Source: Candidatus Obscuribacteraceae bacterium | GTDB taxonomy: Bacteria; Cyanobacteriota; Vampirovibrionia; Obscuribacterales; Obscuribacteraceae | Length of the DNA: 64,000 nt | Assembly (NCBI GenBank): GCA_044226015.1 | Contig: JBGAHS010000008.1 | Coordinates: 1 to 64,000, forward strand | Direction: 5' to 3' | In this document: one piece after another, positions 30,387-39,476 of the stretch | Layout of the letters: each line of letters begins with the position of its first letter | How positions within the stretch are numbered: position 1 is the stretch's first letter | Program-made: the position numbers and the translations under genes | The notes under the pieces: generated by a model | What the model was told of the DNA's origin: nothing | The model's database searches: none | What the model saw: the letters and a program-made list of their open reading frames with translations, nothing else

Positions 30387-30607
30387 GATTGCTAATGGAT
30401 CCCAATTGCTAACGGATCCCAATTGCTAGTGGATCCCGGTTACTAACGGATCCCGATTGCTAGAGGCTCCCGGTTACTAACGGATCCCGATTGCTAACGG
30501 ATCCCGATTGCTAACGGCTCCCGGTTGCTTACGGATCCTGATTGCTAACGGATCCTGATTGCTAACGGATCCTGATTGCTAACGGATCCCGGTTGCTTGC
30601 GGATTCC
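30387..30607. repeat. Intergenic tandem repeat, 13 x 17 bp, consensus GATTGCTAACGGATCCC
   Basis: 13 contiguous 17-nt units with point variants and no spacers; 10 units contain GGATCC. Confidence 0.95.
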
Positions 30608-30816
30608 GAATGATAGCGAACTACGTGCAAGGCGCACTAGTTCGCCTGCGGCAAGTCGTTGGCTTTCAAGCCCATGGCTTCAACGAATAGACATACATAT
30701 TGATAAGACGAATTGATTAGACGAATCGAAGCAAATACCAGCTGACAATCAGACCGATAATCGAAATATCGTTACCAGACATACGATCAAAAAACCAGTG
30801 GTGACCAAAATGTGGC

Positions 30817-30849
30817 CGTAAGGTCCGCGTAAGGAAACCAAAATATCCT
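30817..30849 (+). promoter_or_regulatory. Direct-repeat box CGTAAG-N5-CGTAAG plus -10 TATCCT upstream of the esterase gene
   Basis: Same 11-bp period and same 16-nt offset to the -10 as at 27980. Confidence 0.6.
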
Positions 30850-30907
30850 TGGACTGTGGGAGATACCTCCGCTTGAATTCACCTCAGCACTCAGTCAGGG
30901 GCTTAGT

Positions 30908-32470
30908 ATGGATATCGTTACTGGCAATGGTCCGGTAGAAAGCAAGAAGAAAACCGGTGTGGTCCTAATTCATGGACTGACAGGCACTCCAGTAGAAATG
31001 AAACCGCTGGAGAAGCATCTCAAGAAGCTCGGCGTTGATGTCGAGAATGTGTTGCTCGCTGGACACGGTGGAAGCAACGCGGATGTCATTGCTTCCACAT
31101 GGCAGCAGTGGCTACAGAGCGCAAGAGATGGCGTGAAGGCGATACTTTCTCGTAATGAAAAAGTGATAATCTGCGGTCTATCCATGGGCTCTCTGCTCGC
31201 CAGCATCATTGCAGCTGAAGAGTCGCGTGTCGCCGGGGTGGTAATTTGTTCTCCAACATTGTTTTACGATGGGTCTGTTCTAGATAACAGCCTGATCGAT
31301 TGGGTTTACGCTTCAGACATTCCGAGAAATGTGATGAAGTCGATGGTGCGCATTCTTCCGCTGCTCGGCAAGACTTTCTACTGGGAAGAGTTGCCACCAT
31401 ATGGAATTCGTGATCAGCGCATTCAGAGACAGATCACGAAGTCAATCGAAGCAGCCAAGATTGGCGGAACAAATGAGTTTGGTGTATTTCGTACTTACTA
31501 TGGTCCCCTTGTCGAAATGCTGGACATGGTGGAAGTGGCGCGCAAGAGCTTTTCGAAAATCAAAGTTCCTGTGCTTCAGCTCCATAGCCTCGACGACACC
31601 ATCGCAAGCATTCATAACTCAACCGAAACTTATTTGAGACTTGCCAGCAACAATAAACTTCTCTTTTTGATGACTGGTTGTGATCACGTTATGACACTAG
31701 ATTTGCAGCGACAGTTAGTTCACAAAATGATTGGGCGATTTGTTGAAGCTTATTCAGAAAAGAACAATCAGCAAATACGAAGTGTACTTGCACCAGTTCT
31801 GTCGGAAGCAAAGTTTGCAAAAGGTGGAACCATAAATGCAATGGTGAGCCCTGAAATGCACGGTCTAAGCAAGGAAGAATGGAAGGCTGTATATCCGAGC
31901 CGCCGTTTTGCACACTTAGCATCGGTTTCTGATGTGCACCAGTTACACTCTATCGTGCTTCGTGATGCGGCAACTCCTATCATGAGTCTACCAGTATTCA
32001 TTGGTGAGTATGGTCAATCAATGCCATTAGCTGCAACAAACAGCCTCTGGCGTGTAGTATCAAATTTGATGGCGCCGCAAAATGCAACTGTGTTTGGAAT
32101 AGGAAGCATGGTTGACGAATTACCAGACCTCGGCATAAATGCCACCATCGGCAGTGAAGCAAAATCGAAAGCTTATTCTCACCTGATCAGAATTATTGAG
32201 TCACTGGGCAAATCAGGCAAGGTTGATGCCTTTTCAAGCGTGCTACAAAGCTCAGCTGAGTTGCCTAAACCTGCGATGCTTTTGAGAGCAAACGACAACA
32301 AAGCTCTCCGCATAAATGAGGAAGTTCAATCATTGCTGGAAGGAAAGCAAGTTTTCTCACACCGTAATATCCTGAGAAACTCGCTGACAAAGTTCATTCA
32401 GATCGCTTTACCCGCAAAAAACAGCCAACCAGAACCAATGTTGTACGAAGCTACGGCAACGGCCGGTTAG
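30908..32470 (+). CDS. Alpha/beta-hydrolase (carboxylesterase-like) with an extra C-terminal domain
   Basis: IHGLTG, GHG, GLSMG nucleophile elbow, HSLDD, CDHVM; about 230-aa unassigned C-terminus. Confidence 0.85.
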   Translation: MDIVTGNGPVESKKKTGVVLIHGLTGTPVEMKPLEKHLKKLGVDVENVLLAGHGGSNADVIASTWQQWLQSARDGVKAILSRNEKVIICGLSMGSLLASIIAAEESRVAGVVICSPTLFYDGSVLDNSLIDWVYASDIPRNVMKSMVRILPLLGKTFYWEELPPYGIRDQRIQRQITKSIEAAKIGGTNEFGVFRTYYGPLVEMLDMVEVARKSFSKIKVPVLQLHSLDDTIASIHNSTETYLRLASNNKLLFLMTGCDHVMTLDLQRQLVHKMIGRFVEAYSEKNNQQIRSVLAPVLSEAKFAKGGTINAMVSPEMHGLSKEEWKAVYPSRRFAHLASVSDVHQLHSIVLRDAATPIMSLPVFIGEYGQSMPLAATNSLWRVVSNLMAPQNATVFGIGSMVDELPDLGINATIGSEAKSKAYSHLIRIIESLGKSGKVDAFSSVLQSSAELPKPAMLLRANDNKALRINEEVQSLLEGKQVFSHRNILRNSLTKFIQIALPAKNSQPEPMLYEATATAG

Positions 32471-32517
32471 AATCGCTGCGCATCAAAATCTTCCAGGCGA
32501 GCATAGAGCTCGCAAAG

Positions 32518-32552
32518 AATGGATTTACTCATGCTGTGGGTAAATCCATTTT
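32518..32552 (+). terminator. Probable intrinsic terminator
   Basis: AATGGATTTACTCA-TGCTG-TGGGTAAATCCATT followed by TT, 48 nt after the esterase stop. Confidence 0.7.
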
Positions 32553-32756
32553 AGCTATAGGTACCTCTCGACTATTTTCATAGCCAAGCACAAATCTGCT
32601 AGTCAAGTCACAGAATCGGACTAGCAGTCAGAATCAATCTCATATGCTATAGTCTGTCGCCAAACGCATACAAGAAATTGACTTTGTATTGTCAGTAACG
32701 AAAATGCGAGAAGCAAACTTACATTGGCTTGGCATTCCAAAGAAAAAAGGATCCAA

Positions 32757-34247
32757 ATGACTAACGAGGCATGTGCAAGAGCGAAGGAAGTATTGGAAAG
32801 AAACCGTCAAAGCCTTTTTTCCTTACCAAACGTAATTGGCTCTGGGGTTGGAAAGAAACAAATTGCAGGAATTTTTCAAAACACAATTGGAATTGTAGTT
32901 TTTGTAAGCAAGAAAGTAACTGAACTAGCAGAGAACGAGCGCATTCACGCATTTTTAGAAGAAATTCCAACAGATGTTCGAGTTGCGAACTTCATGCCGT
33001 TCAACGAAATGAACAAAACTCAGATGCAGGACAGAATACCGATGGATTCGCCGACGCCAGCTGGTGCAAGTGACTCCATTGGAGTAGGTCCGCCACCACT
33101 GGTACAAGTTAATCCTCCACTCAGCTCATATGGAAGCATCGGCTTGATTCTTGAAATAGCTGGGGTTGAGGGTGCAACACCACAAGCTACCAGTGCCTGT
33201 GCCCTAACTGCATTTCACGTGTTGTGTGTCGGACCGGCCAATAACGTAGCTGGTGCTGGCCAACATGAACAGGGCACCTATGATGCATACCAGCCAGCCA
33301 GCATAGAGGGCGGTGAATCGGAAGGCCGTGTATATGAATGGTTCAATCCATATTTGTCCCCCAGCGGCATTTATGACTTAAAAATGGATGTAGCAACAGC
33401 AATTCTGCCTGGTTTAGCTAAATCAGAGTACCGAACGAACTACATAACTGGTGTAGGGATTATGACAAATGCAGTTCCACTAGAACTCAACCAAACGGTG
33501 CGATTAAAAGGATACTATGGCAGTGGAAGCGGTGACGTTACGGCAGTTTGTTGCACACTTTTGCTTCCCTTGACTCCTAGTTTAGGATATACAATTGTCC
33601 ACAACCTTTTTGAAATTAGCGCTGAAAATTCTAGCGTAGGACCTGGAGATAGCGGGGGAGCAATTTATACTCCCATGGGAGAGTTCATCGGAATCATCAA
33701 TGGCGGAAGTCCAGACAACAAAAGTATCCTAGGAACAGATTATGGCTCGATAGCAAATGCCATACCATCCGCTTCGACAACATTCAAGAAACTCGCGCAG
33801 CGTTATACCATTCTGATGAAGGCACAAAGTCCTGACGGAGCACCATTAGTTCTCTCGCCAGATCCGACAGATTCCATAGGCGGCATTCTTACAGTCCAGA
33901 AATGGAGCCAGAACGAAGCCCTTCAACAGTGGTTTCTTTCATTTTGTCCAGCTCAAAATGCATTTGTAATCATCAATGCACTCACAGGACAAATGATCCA
34001 AACTGCATCAAACGAGAAAATGAGTGCTGTAACAATGGCCGATTATAAAGGAGACAAGAACATTAGCAACTTGCAGTCCTGGACAATAAATCCCTGGCTC
34101 GGTGGATACTTCGGAGTGCGACCAGCAGCCAGCTCCGATCTCAACCTCAACGCCGAAGGAGACTCGTGGAATTCAGGAACACCAATAATCCTTTACCCCT
34201 GGGAGGGATCACTTCAAAACATGATGTGGATCTTCAACCCGCTCTAA
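32757..34247 (+). CDS. Trypsin-like serine protease with N-terminal pro-domain and C-terminal ricin-B lectin domain
   Basis: TAFHV (His), MDVA (Asp), PGDSGG (Ser); QxW-type repeats LQQW/LQSW/NMMW; N-terminus LPNVIGSGVGKK..IVVFVSKK..IPTDV. Confidence 0.8.
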   Translation: MTNEACARAKEVLERNRQSLFSLPNVIGSGVGKKQIAGIFQNTIGIVVFVSKKVTELAENERIHAFLEEIPTDVRVANFMPFNEMNKTQMQDRIPMDSPTPAGASDSIGVGPPPLVQVNPPLSSYGSIGLILEIAGVEGATPQATSACALTAFHVLCVGPANNVAGAGQHEQGTYDAYQPASIEGGESEGRVYEWFNPYLSPSGIYDLKMDVATAILPGLAKSEYRTNYITGVGIMTNAVPLELNQTVRLKGYYGSGSGDVTAVCCTLLLPLTPSLGYTIVHNLFEISAENSSVGPGDSGGAIYTPMGEFIGIINGGSPDNKSILGTDYGSIANAIPSASTTFKKLAQRYTILMKAQSPDGAPLVLSPDPTDSIGGILTVQKWSQNEALQQWFLSFCPAQNAFVIINALTGQMIQTASNEKMSAVTMADYKGDKNISNLQSWTINPWLGGYFGVRPAASSDLNLNAEGDSWNSGTPIILYPWEGSLQNMMWIFNPL

Positions 34248-34286
34248 AAACTTGGTGGTACAAGACTTTAAGCTAAAGGTAAAAAA

Positions 34287-34748
34287 ATGCAGTTCTACAA
34301 AATAACGATGAACAACCCAGGTTTAGTATTGTCACCAAATCCTGCGGCGCCAAACAATAGTATTCTACAACTGGTCAACGACAGCGGCGACTTTCTGCAA
34401 CATTGGTCACTGCCTTATTGCCCATGGACTACGACGCCCGATTGGGGTTTTGCCATAATGAATAGAGTTACTGGACAAATCATACAGGCACAGTCCGAAG
34501 ACTCTGGTGCCAGCATAGTGATGGCAGACTACAACACAAGCAGTTTATCAAACTTGAACACATGGACGATTGCAAATGCGTCAGACTACCCAGGCTATGT
34601 TGCAATTCGCCCTTCCGGAGACAGCGACCTCAATCTCAACGCACAAGGTGACAGCTGGCCGGTTGGAACGGCAATCATTTTGTATGAATGGGACGGGACC
34701 AAAAATAATATGACATGGAAGTTTAGCTTAGTTCCATCCTACTTCTAA
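34287..34748 (+). CDS. Stand-alone ricin-B (beta-trefoil) lectin-domain protein
   Basis: LQHW/LNTW/NMTW repeats; collinear with the C-terminal domain of the upstream protease. Confidence 0.8.
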   Translation: MQFYKITMNNPGLVLSPNPAAPNNSILQLVNDSGDFLQHWSLPYCPWTTTPDWGFAIMNRVTGQIIQAQSEDSGASIVMADYNTSSLSNLNTWTIANASDYPGYVAIRPSGDSDLNLNAQGDSWPVGTAIILYEWDGTKNNMTWKFSLVPSYF

Positions 34749-34778
34749 TAGAAAATTAGGGGATTACTTACACCGATA

Positions 34779-35129
34779 ATGGCAAAGCACAGAATCTACA
34801 CAACAAGCTTCGCGAGCGTTTACCCACTTTACCTTGCAAAAATAGAGAAGAAGTCACGCACCAAATCTGAACTTGATGAAGTGATACGGTGGCTGACCGG
34901 TTACAGTCAGAATGAGCTTGAACAACAAATAGATGCCAAAACCGACTTTGAGACATTTTTCGCTGATGCACCAGGGCTTAACCCTGCTCGCACACTCATC
35001 AGAGGCAGCATTTGCGGAGTAAAAATAGAAGAGATAGAAGAGTCTACTATGAGAGAGATTCGATACCTGGATAAACTTGTAGACGACTTAGCAAAAGGAA
35101 AGCCGATGCAAAAGGTTCTGCGCAAATAA
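34779..35129 (+). CDS. DUF2200-family protein
   Basis: [52 protein letters not shown]. Confidence 0.85.
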   Translation: MAKHRIYTTSFASVYPLYLAKIEKKSRTKSELDEVIRWLTGYSQNELEQQIDAKTDFETFFADAPGLNPARTLIRGSICGVKIEEIEESTMREIRYLDKLVDDLAKGKPMQKVLRK

Positions 35130-35167
35130 GTTCAAGCCTTGTGCTATTGCGTCTTTAAGTGCCGGCA

Positions 35168-37303
35168 TTAAACGCTTGACTCATCGCTTGCAACAAGCGG
35201 CTCAGCAGCAGGAGTTTGTTTCATGCGGCAGACTTGCAGAATCAGCACGAGTGCATAAATTGCCAGTGCGAAGTAAGACAATTTGCTGATGCCGAAGCAC
35301 ATACCGAAATATTCAATTGTGATACCAAGCAAACCACCGACCATATTGAAGGCAAGAGCCTGAGAACTCGACTGCGTTTGCTTGAATAGTGTAGAGAAGA
35401 CTCCGCCAGCAAAAAACAAGGGACTAACAAATGCAAGAGTACCTACGATTGCTCCCACATTTTCGGGCATCTTAAGCAACTCACCAACTTGAGCCAGATT
35501 TGATGCAACTATCGCAAACAAGCTTAGAAAAAGGAAAACGAACACACCCTTTTCAGACGCCTTTGAAGCAAGATAATTTGCAACAAGAATGGCAACCATG
35601 ACGCCCGAAATCACAAAACTATTCACCGTCCAGGTTGAGCCAAACAACAATGACATTGAGGACATTGCCCTGACTTCAAGAAGCATGAATCCCATGCCAA
35701 GGCAGAACATTTGCCAGTTCAACAGATTTTTTCCACCAGTACGCATCAAATTTCTAACGGGCCAGATGCTACAGAGCAGAACAGAAAAGAGAGGAAGAAA
35801 ATATGATGAGGGAATACCGCGCGATGGCAAGAAAAGAAACGGCCAGTCATCAGTAATCTCTGGGATCTCAGGCTTGAGTTCAAGCGCTCGAGGAGGCATA
35901 GGACAGTTCAATTTAGTGTCTGCGTTTATTTGCGGACCGGCCACTATAAATCCTGTAGGCAAAGATGTCACCCAAAAGTATCCGCGAGGCTGCTGACCGG
36001 TGCCCAAAGCTAAATCTTTGCACTGCCTCGACCAGAGCCAATCTGGAATGCAAATAAAACTCACAGCGAGCGCTCCATCAGGTTTAAGTAATTTATACGC
36101 CTGCCGGAATGATTCAACCGTAAAAATATAGTTGTCGGTGCGCAGCGATGAAAGTGAGGAGAATGCCGTGTGACTGTCCAAAACCGCGTATATAATCACG
36201 TCATACTTTTTGTCGGTATTCCGAGAGAGAAAGGTTCGGGCATCCATAACGTAAGTTTGCACTTTGTCAGAATCATATGGCCGCAAGGGATGTAACTGCT
36301 TGCCCAACTGATAAATAGATGGATCAATTTCAACAGCATCGACATGTGCGCACCCACAACGCAAGGCAGCTGCTACGTCGCTTCCAGTGCCTGCACCAAG
36401 AATAAGAGCATTAATATTCTGCTTTGGCAGCAACTCGAACGGCCGAGTAAAGAAGCCTAGCATCATTTTGCGTACAGGTTCGCTTACTTTCTCCAGAGTT
36501 TCCGAACGCGTATCGAGCATACTCTGGAAACTATCATAGTTGATGTAAATGTCGTACCCAATTGGAACGCTTTTCTCAGAAGCAGGAAGGCATGAGCGCA
36601 CAAGGTCAATGCGATAGTAAGGCGACCAAACAGTCTTTATATGGTCTGGCCCAAACAACTGCTTAGCACAATATGGTGCCAGAAAAGTCATGTAAACGAT
36701 GCCCAACGCCATTAAGGCAAATGGCACCACCGAGCGCTGCAACAACAGGAAAAGCACACCACAAACCAGCATCCATAAACCGGGTCCTAACGAGAAATTA
36801 CTCAAAGCAGCAAAGAGTAATATGCCGCACAGAGCACCACCGACATTGTATGAATAAGCTTCCAACGGACGTAGTTTTCCGAAAAGAATACCGGTTCTTT
36901 GACCCAACCCGACAAAGATTGCAGCCGTCAATATAAACACCAATATCAAAATCAGAATGCTAAATGCAAAGTTTGATTCTCGGAGAAAACTGCCAAACAT
37001 CACAACTTTTGAGCTATCAACAAAGTTGAGGTGTGTCAGCCCTAAACCAATCGACACAATCATCAACCCACAAAAATAAAGCATTAAAATAGACGACCAG
37101 CGCAATAGGTCTGCCTTTTTATCGACGGATAGAAAGCCGACTCCCAAGCCCAAGAACGCAGCCATCAAAGGCAAATTCTTGAAGTATGAAAACGCCCTGA
37201 TTTCGGTAGAGAGCCACCGAATCACCATCATCTCGCAAAAGAGAGAAACCAGGCTGACAAGAAACAGTTGGATTATTGCGCTCTTTCGATCATCGCTTGT
37301 CAT
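35168..37303 (-). CDS. Membrane-embedded spermidine-synthase-like SAM-dependent transferase
   Basis: N- and C-terminal TM bundles flank LILGAGTGSD, AVEIDP, MDAR, YDVII, TDDWPF. Confidence 0.8.
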   Translation of the reverse strand: MTSDDRKSAIIQLFLVSLVSLFCEMMVIRWLSTEIRAFSYFKNLPLMAAFLGLGVGFLSVDKKADLLRWSSILMLYFCGLMIVSIGLGLTHLNFVDSSKVVMFGSFLRESNFAFSILILILVFILTAAIFVGLGQRTGILFGKLRPLEAYSYNVGGALCGILLFAALSNFSLGPGLWMLVCGVLFLLLQRSVVPFALMALGIVYMTFLAPYCAKQLFGPDHIKTVWSPYYRIDLVRSCLPASEKSVPIGYDIYINYDSFQSMLDTRSETLEKVSEPVRKMMLGFFTRPFELLPKQNINALILGAGTGSDVAAALRCGCAHVDAVEIDPSIYQLGKQLHPLRPYDSDKVQTYVMDARTFLSRNTDKKYDVIIYAVLDSHTAFSSLSSLRTDNYIFTVESFRQAYKLLKPDGALAVSFICIPDWLWSRQCKDLALGTGQQPRGYFWVTSLPTGFIVAGPQINADTKLNCPMPPRALELKPEIPEITDDWPFLFLPSRGIPSSYFLPLFSVLLCSIWPVRNLMRTGGKNLLNWQMFCLGMGFMLLEVRAMSSMSLLFGSTWTVNSFVISGVMVAILVANYLASKASEKGVFVFLFLSLFAIVASNLAQVGELLKMPENVGAIVGTLAFVSPLFFAGGVFSTLFKQTQSSSQALAFNMVGGLLGITIEYFGMCFGISKLSYFALAIYALVLILQVCRMKQTPAAEPLVASDESSV

Positions 37304-37401
37304 ACGAACCCTTTCGATTCCGCTCTCTATCGCAATCAGCTTACAACATTGGTGTGGTTAGAAGAATACGGCATCTATATAAAGGTAATAGATTGTCCCG
37401 C

Positions 37402-37461
37402 TTGACAGATGCAAGGGATCCGAATAATATATGTAAGCACTTACGTAAGTGCTTACATATT
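37402..37461 (+). promoter_or_regulatory. Consensus sigma-70 promoter overlapped by a 34-bp perfect palindrome (putative MarR operator)
   Basis: TTGACA 37402-37407, 17 nt, TATAAT 37425-37430; AATATGTAAGCACTTAC|GTAAGTGCTTACATATT at 37428-37461. Confidence 0.85.
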
Positions 37462-37491
37462 CAAGCCGTCATCCCCCGGGAGAAGACAATC

Positions 37492-38448
37492 ATGGACTAT
37501 TTAACGGAACTGGGCAGCCTCGCACTTGGCAGCAGACTTAAACGCATTTCCGAACGAATTAGCCATGAAGTCTCCACGATTTACGAAAAAGAAGGAATCT
37601 CTTTCGAGCCGCGCTGGTTTCCCGTTTTTCATTTGCTCGGAAATGGCGGAAAAGCATCCATCGTCGAAATTGCAAAAGAAATCGGAGTGACCCACCCAGC
37701 AGTTAACCAGATCGCAAAGGAAATGTTGCAAGAGGGGCTTCTAAACGAGGTGGTCGACAAATCAGACAAAAGAAAACGACTGCTGAGCCTATCCACAAAA
37801 GGAAAAAACATGCACGCGAATCTGCGTCAAACCTGGCAGTTAATCCGCATTGCAGTAAATGAAGCAATGGAAGAAAGCGAGCAAAATCTACTTGCTGCAA
37901 TCAAGTCGACGGAAGAAACCCTGGACAAAACCAACTTAGCCGCACGCTTTGAAAATACAAAGACATTATTCAAGGCGAGAAAGATCGAGCTAATCGAATT
38001 TGAGTCAAGATACAGAGAACAGTTCCGAACACTCAATGAGGCATGGATTCAAAAGTATTTTGCCCTGGAAGCAGCAGACAAACAAACGCTTGGCCATCCC
38101 GAGGAAATAATCGCGGGCGGTGGCATGATATTTTTTGCAAAACTTGGAGAAAAAGTTATTGGAACTTGCGCTTTGATAAAAACAAACGCTAATACTTATG
38201 AGTTGGCAAAAATGGCAGTATCAGAAGATTTCCGTGGACTTGGCGCAGGTCAAAAGCTTCTTGAAGGCAGCATTGAATGGTCAAGAAAACAAGGTGCAAG
38301 CTCGATCACACTGGAAACGAACAAGAAACTTGAGAGTGCGGTAGTCCTGTACAAAAAATTTGGTTTCAAGCCGATAGATTCGTCCACCGCTGCGAAATCA
38401 AAGTACGTAAGAGTAGACCTTATGATGACACTAGATTTGGTGTGCTAA
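37492..38448 (+). CDS. MarR-family HTH / GNAT acetyltransferase fusion
   Basis: Start reassigned to ATG 37492 (downstream of the promoter, GGAG upstream); LGSRLKR, EIGVTHPAV, DKRKR; ELAKMAV..FRGLGAG, LYKKFGF. Confidence 0.9.
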   Translation: MDYLTELGSLALGSRLKRISERISHEVSTIYEKEGISFEPRWFPVFHLLGNGGKASIVEIAKEIGVTHPAVNQIAKEMLQEGLLNEVVDKSDKRKRLLSLSTKGKNMHANLRQTWQLIRIAVNEAMEESEQNLLAAIKSTEETLDKTNLAARFENTKTLFKARKIELIEFESRYREQFRTLNEAWIQKYFALEAADKQTLGHPEEIIAGGGMIFFAKLGEKVIGTCALIKTNANTYELAKMAVSEDFRGLGAGQKLLEGSIEWSRKQGASSITLETNKKLESAVVLYKKFGFKPIDSSTAAKSKYVRVDLMMTLDLVC

Positions 38449-38509
38449 TAGTTAGCACTATGTAACAAAACAAGCTCAAATCGGCCCGACCGGCGGAAAA
38501 GGAGAATTC

Positions 38510-39397
38510 ATGGAAGCTTACCTTGTAGACGCATTTACAACTCGCAGATTTGAAGGCAATCGCGCAGGCGTGGTTTTCGATGCGGAGAACTTGACGCGCG
38601 AACAAAAACAACTCATCGCTGCAGAAATTGGCGCATCAGAAACAGCTTTCGTTCAGCGAAGCGACCAAGCCGATTACAAAATGGAATTCTTCACTCCAAC
38701 AACAGAAATAAACTTCTGCGGACACGCCAGCGTGGCGGCATTTTACATGCTGGCAGAGTCTGGAAAAGTAAAATTGAACGGACAAGAAATCGAATTAACA
38801 CAACAATCCAAAGCGGGCATCCTGCCATTCAGACTCAACAAAACAGATGGAAGAACTTTTGTCACGATGACCCAAAGAAGACCCGAGTTTGGTGCGCTCG
38901 CTTTGAAAAATGAGGACCTGGCAAAAGCACTAAACCTGAATTCAGAAGACCTTGATGGAAGATTCCAGCCAGCTCTTTCAAACACAGGAAACTGGCACCT
39001 GATGATACCCATCAAAAGCCAAGATGTGTTGAATCGAATTGAATACGACAACGCGATGCTTTCAAAAATTCTGGTAGAATACAATGCTGTCACAGCACAT
39101 GTGTTTTGCTCTGGTTCCGACAAGAATACTTTCCATGCCCGAAACTTCTGCCCAACTATTGGCATACCAGAAGATCCTGCCACAGGCGCAGCAGCAGGAG
39201 CATTCATCTCATACCTTGCAAGAGAGGGTTATTTTGTCGATGGACACCACGAAATAACTATTCTGCAGGGAGAAGCAATGAACCGCCCCAGCCAGATTAC
39301 AGCAAAGGTAAAAACTCAAGAGCGCGATGTTATTGAAGTGCAAGTTTCCGGCACAGCCCAACTATCATTTTGCCTGAACGATAATTTCAGGAATTGA
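38510..39397 (+). CDS. PhzF-family isomerase/epimerase
   Basis: VDAFT..FEGN, SETAFV, FTPTTEINFCGHA, EDPATGAA, QGEAMNRPS. Confidence 0.92.
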   Translation: MEAYLVDAFTTRRFEGNRAGVVFDAENLTREQKQLIAAEIGASETAFVQRSDQADYKMEFFTPTTEINFCGHASVAAFYMLAESGKVKLNGQEIELTQQSKAGILPFRLNKTDGRTFVTMTQRRPEFGALALKNEDLAKALNLNSEDLDGRFQPALSNTGNWHLMIPIKSQDVLNRIEYDNAMLSKILVEYNAVTAHVFCSGSDKNTFHARNFCPTIGIPEDPATGAAAGAFISYLAREGYFVDGHHEITILQGEAMNRPSQITAKVKTQERDVIEVQVSGTAQLSFCLNDNFRN

Positions 39398-39476
39398 GTC
39401 TTCAAGACAACACCAATTTCAACTTGTTGCGCTTTCTGGAACGGACGAATCTCATTCGATCTATAATACTAGCGCT

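Noticed and set aside
30387..30607. CRISPR array or plasmid iteron/origin
   Set aside because: Units are contiguous with no unique spacers; no cas or rep gene nearby and no DnaA boxes seen.
37276..37491. 72-aa N-terminal extension of MarR-GNAT in the ORF track
   Set aside because: Overlaps the consensus promoter/operator and the divergent gene start; ATG 37492 has an RBS.
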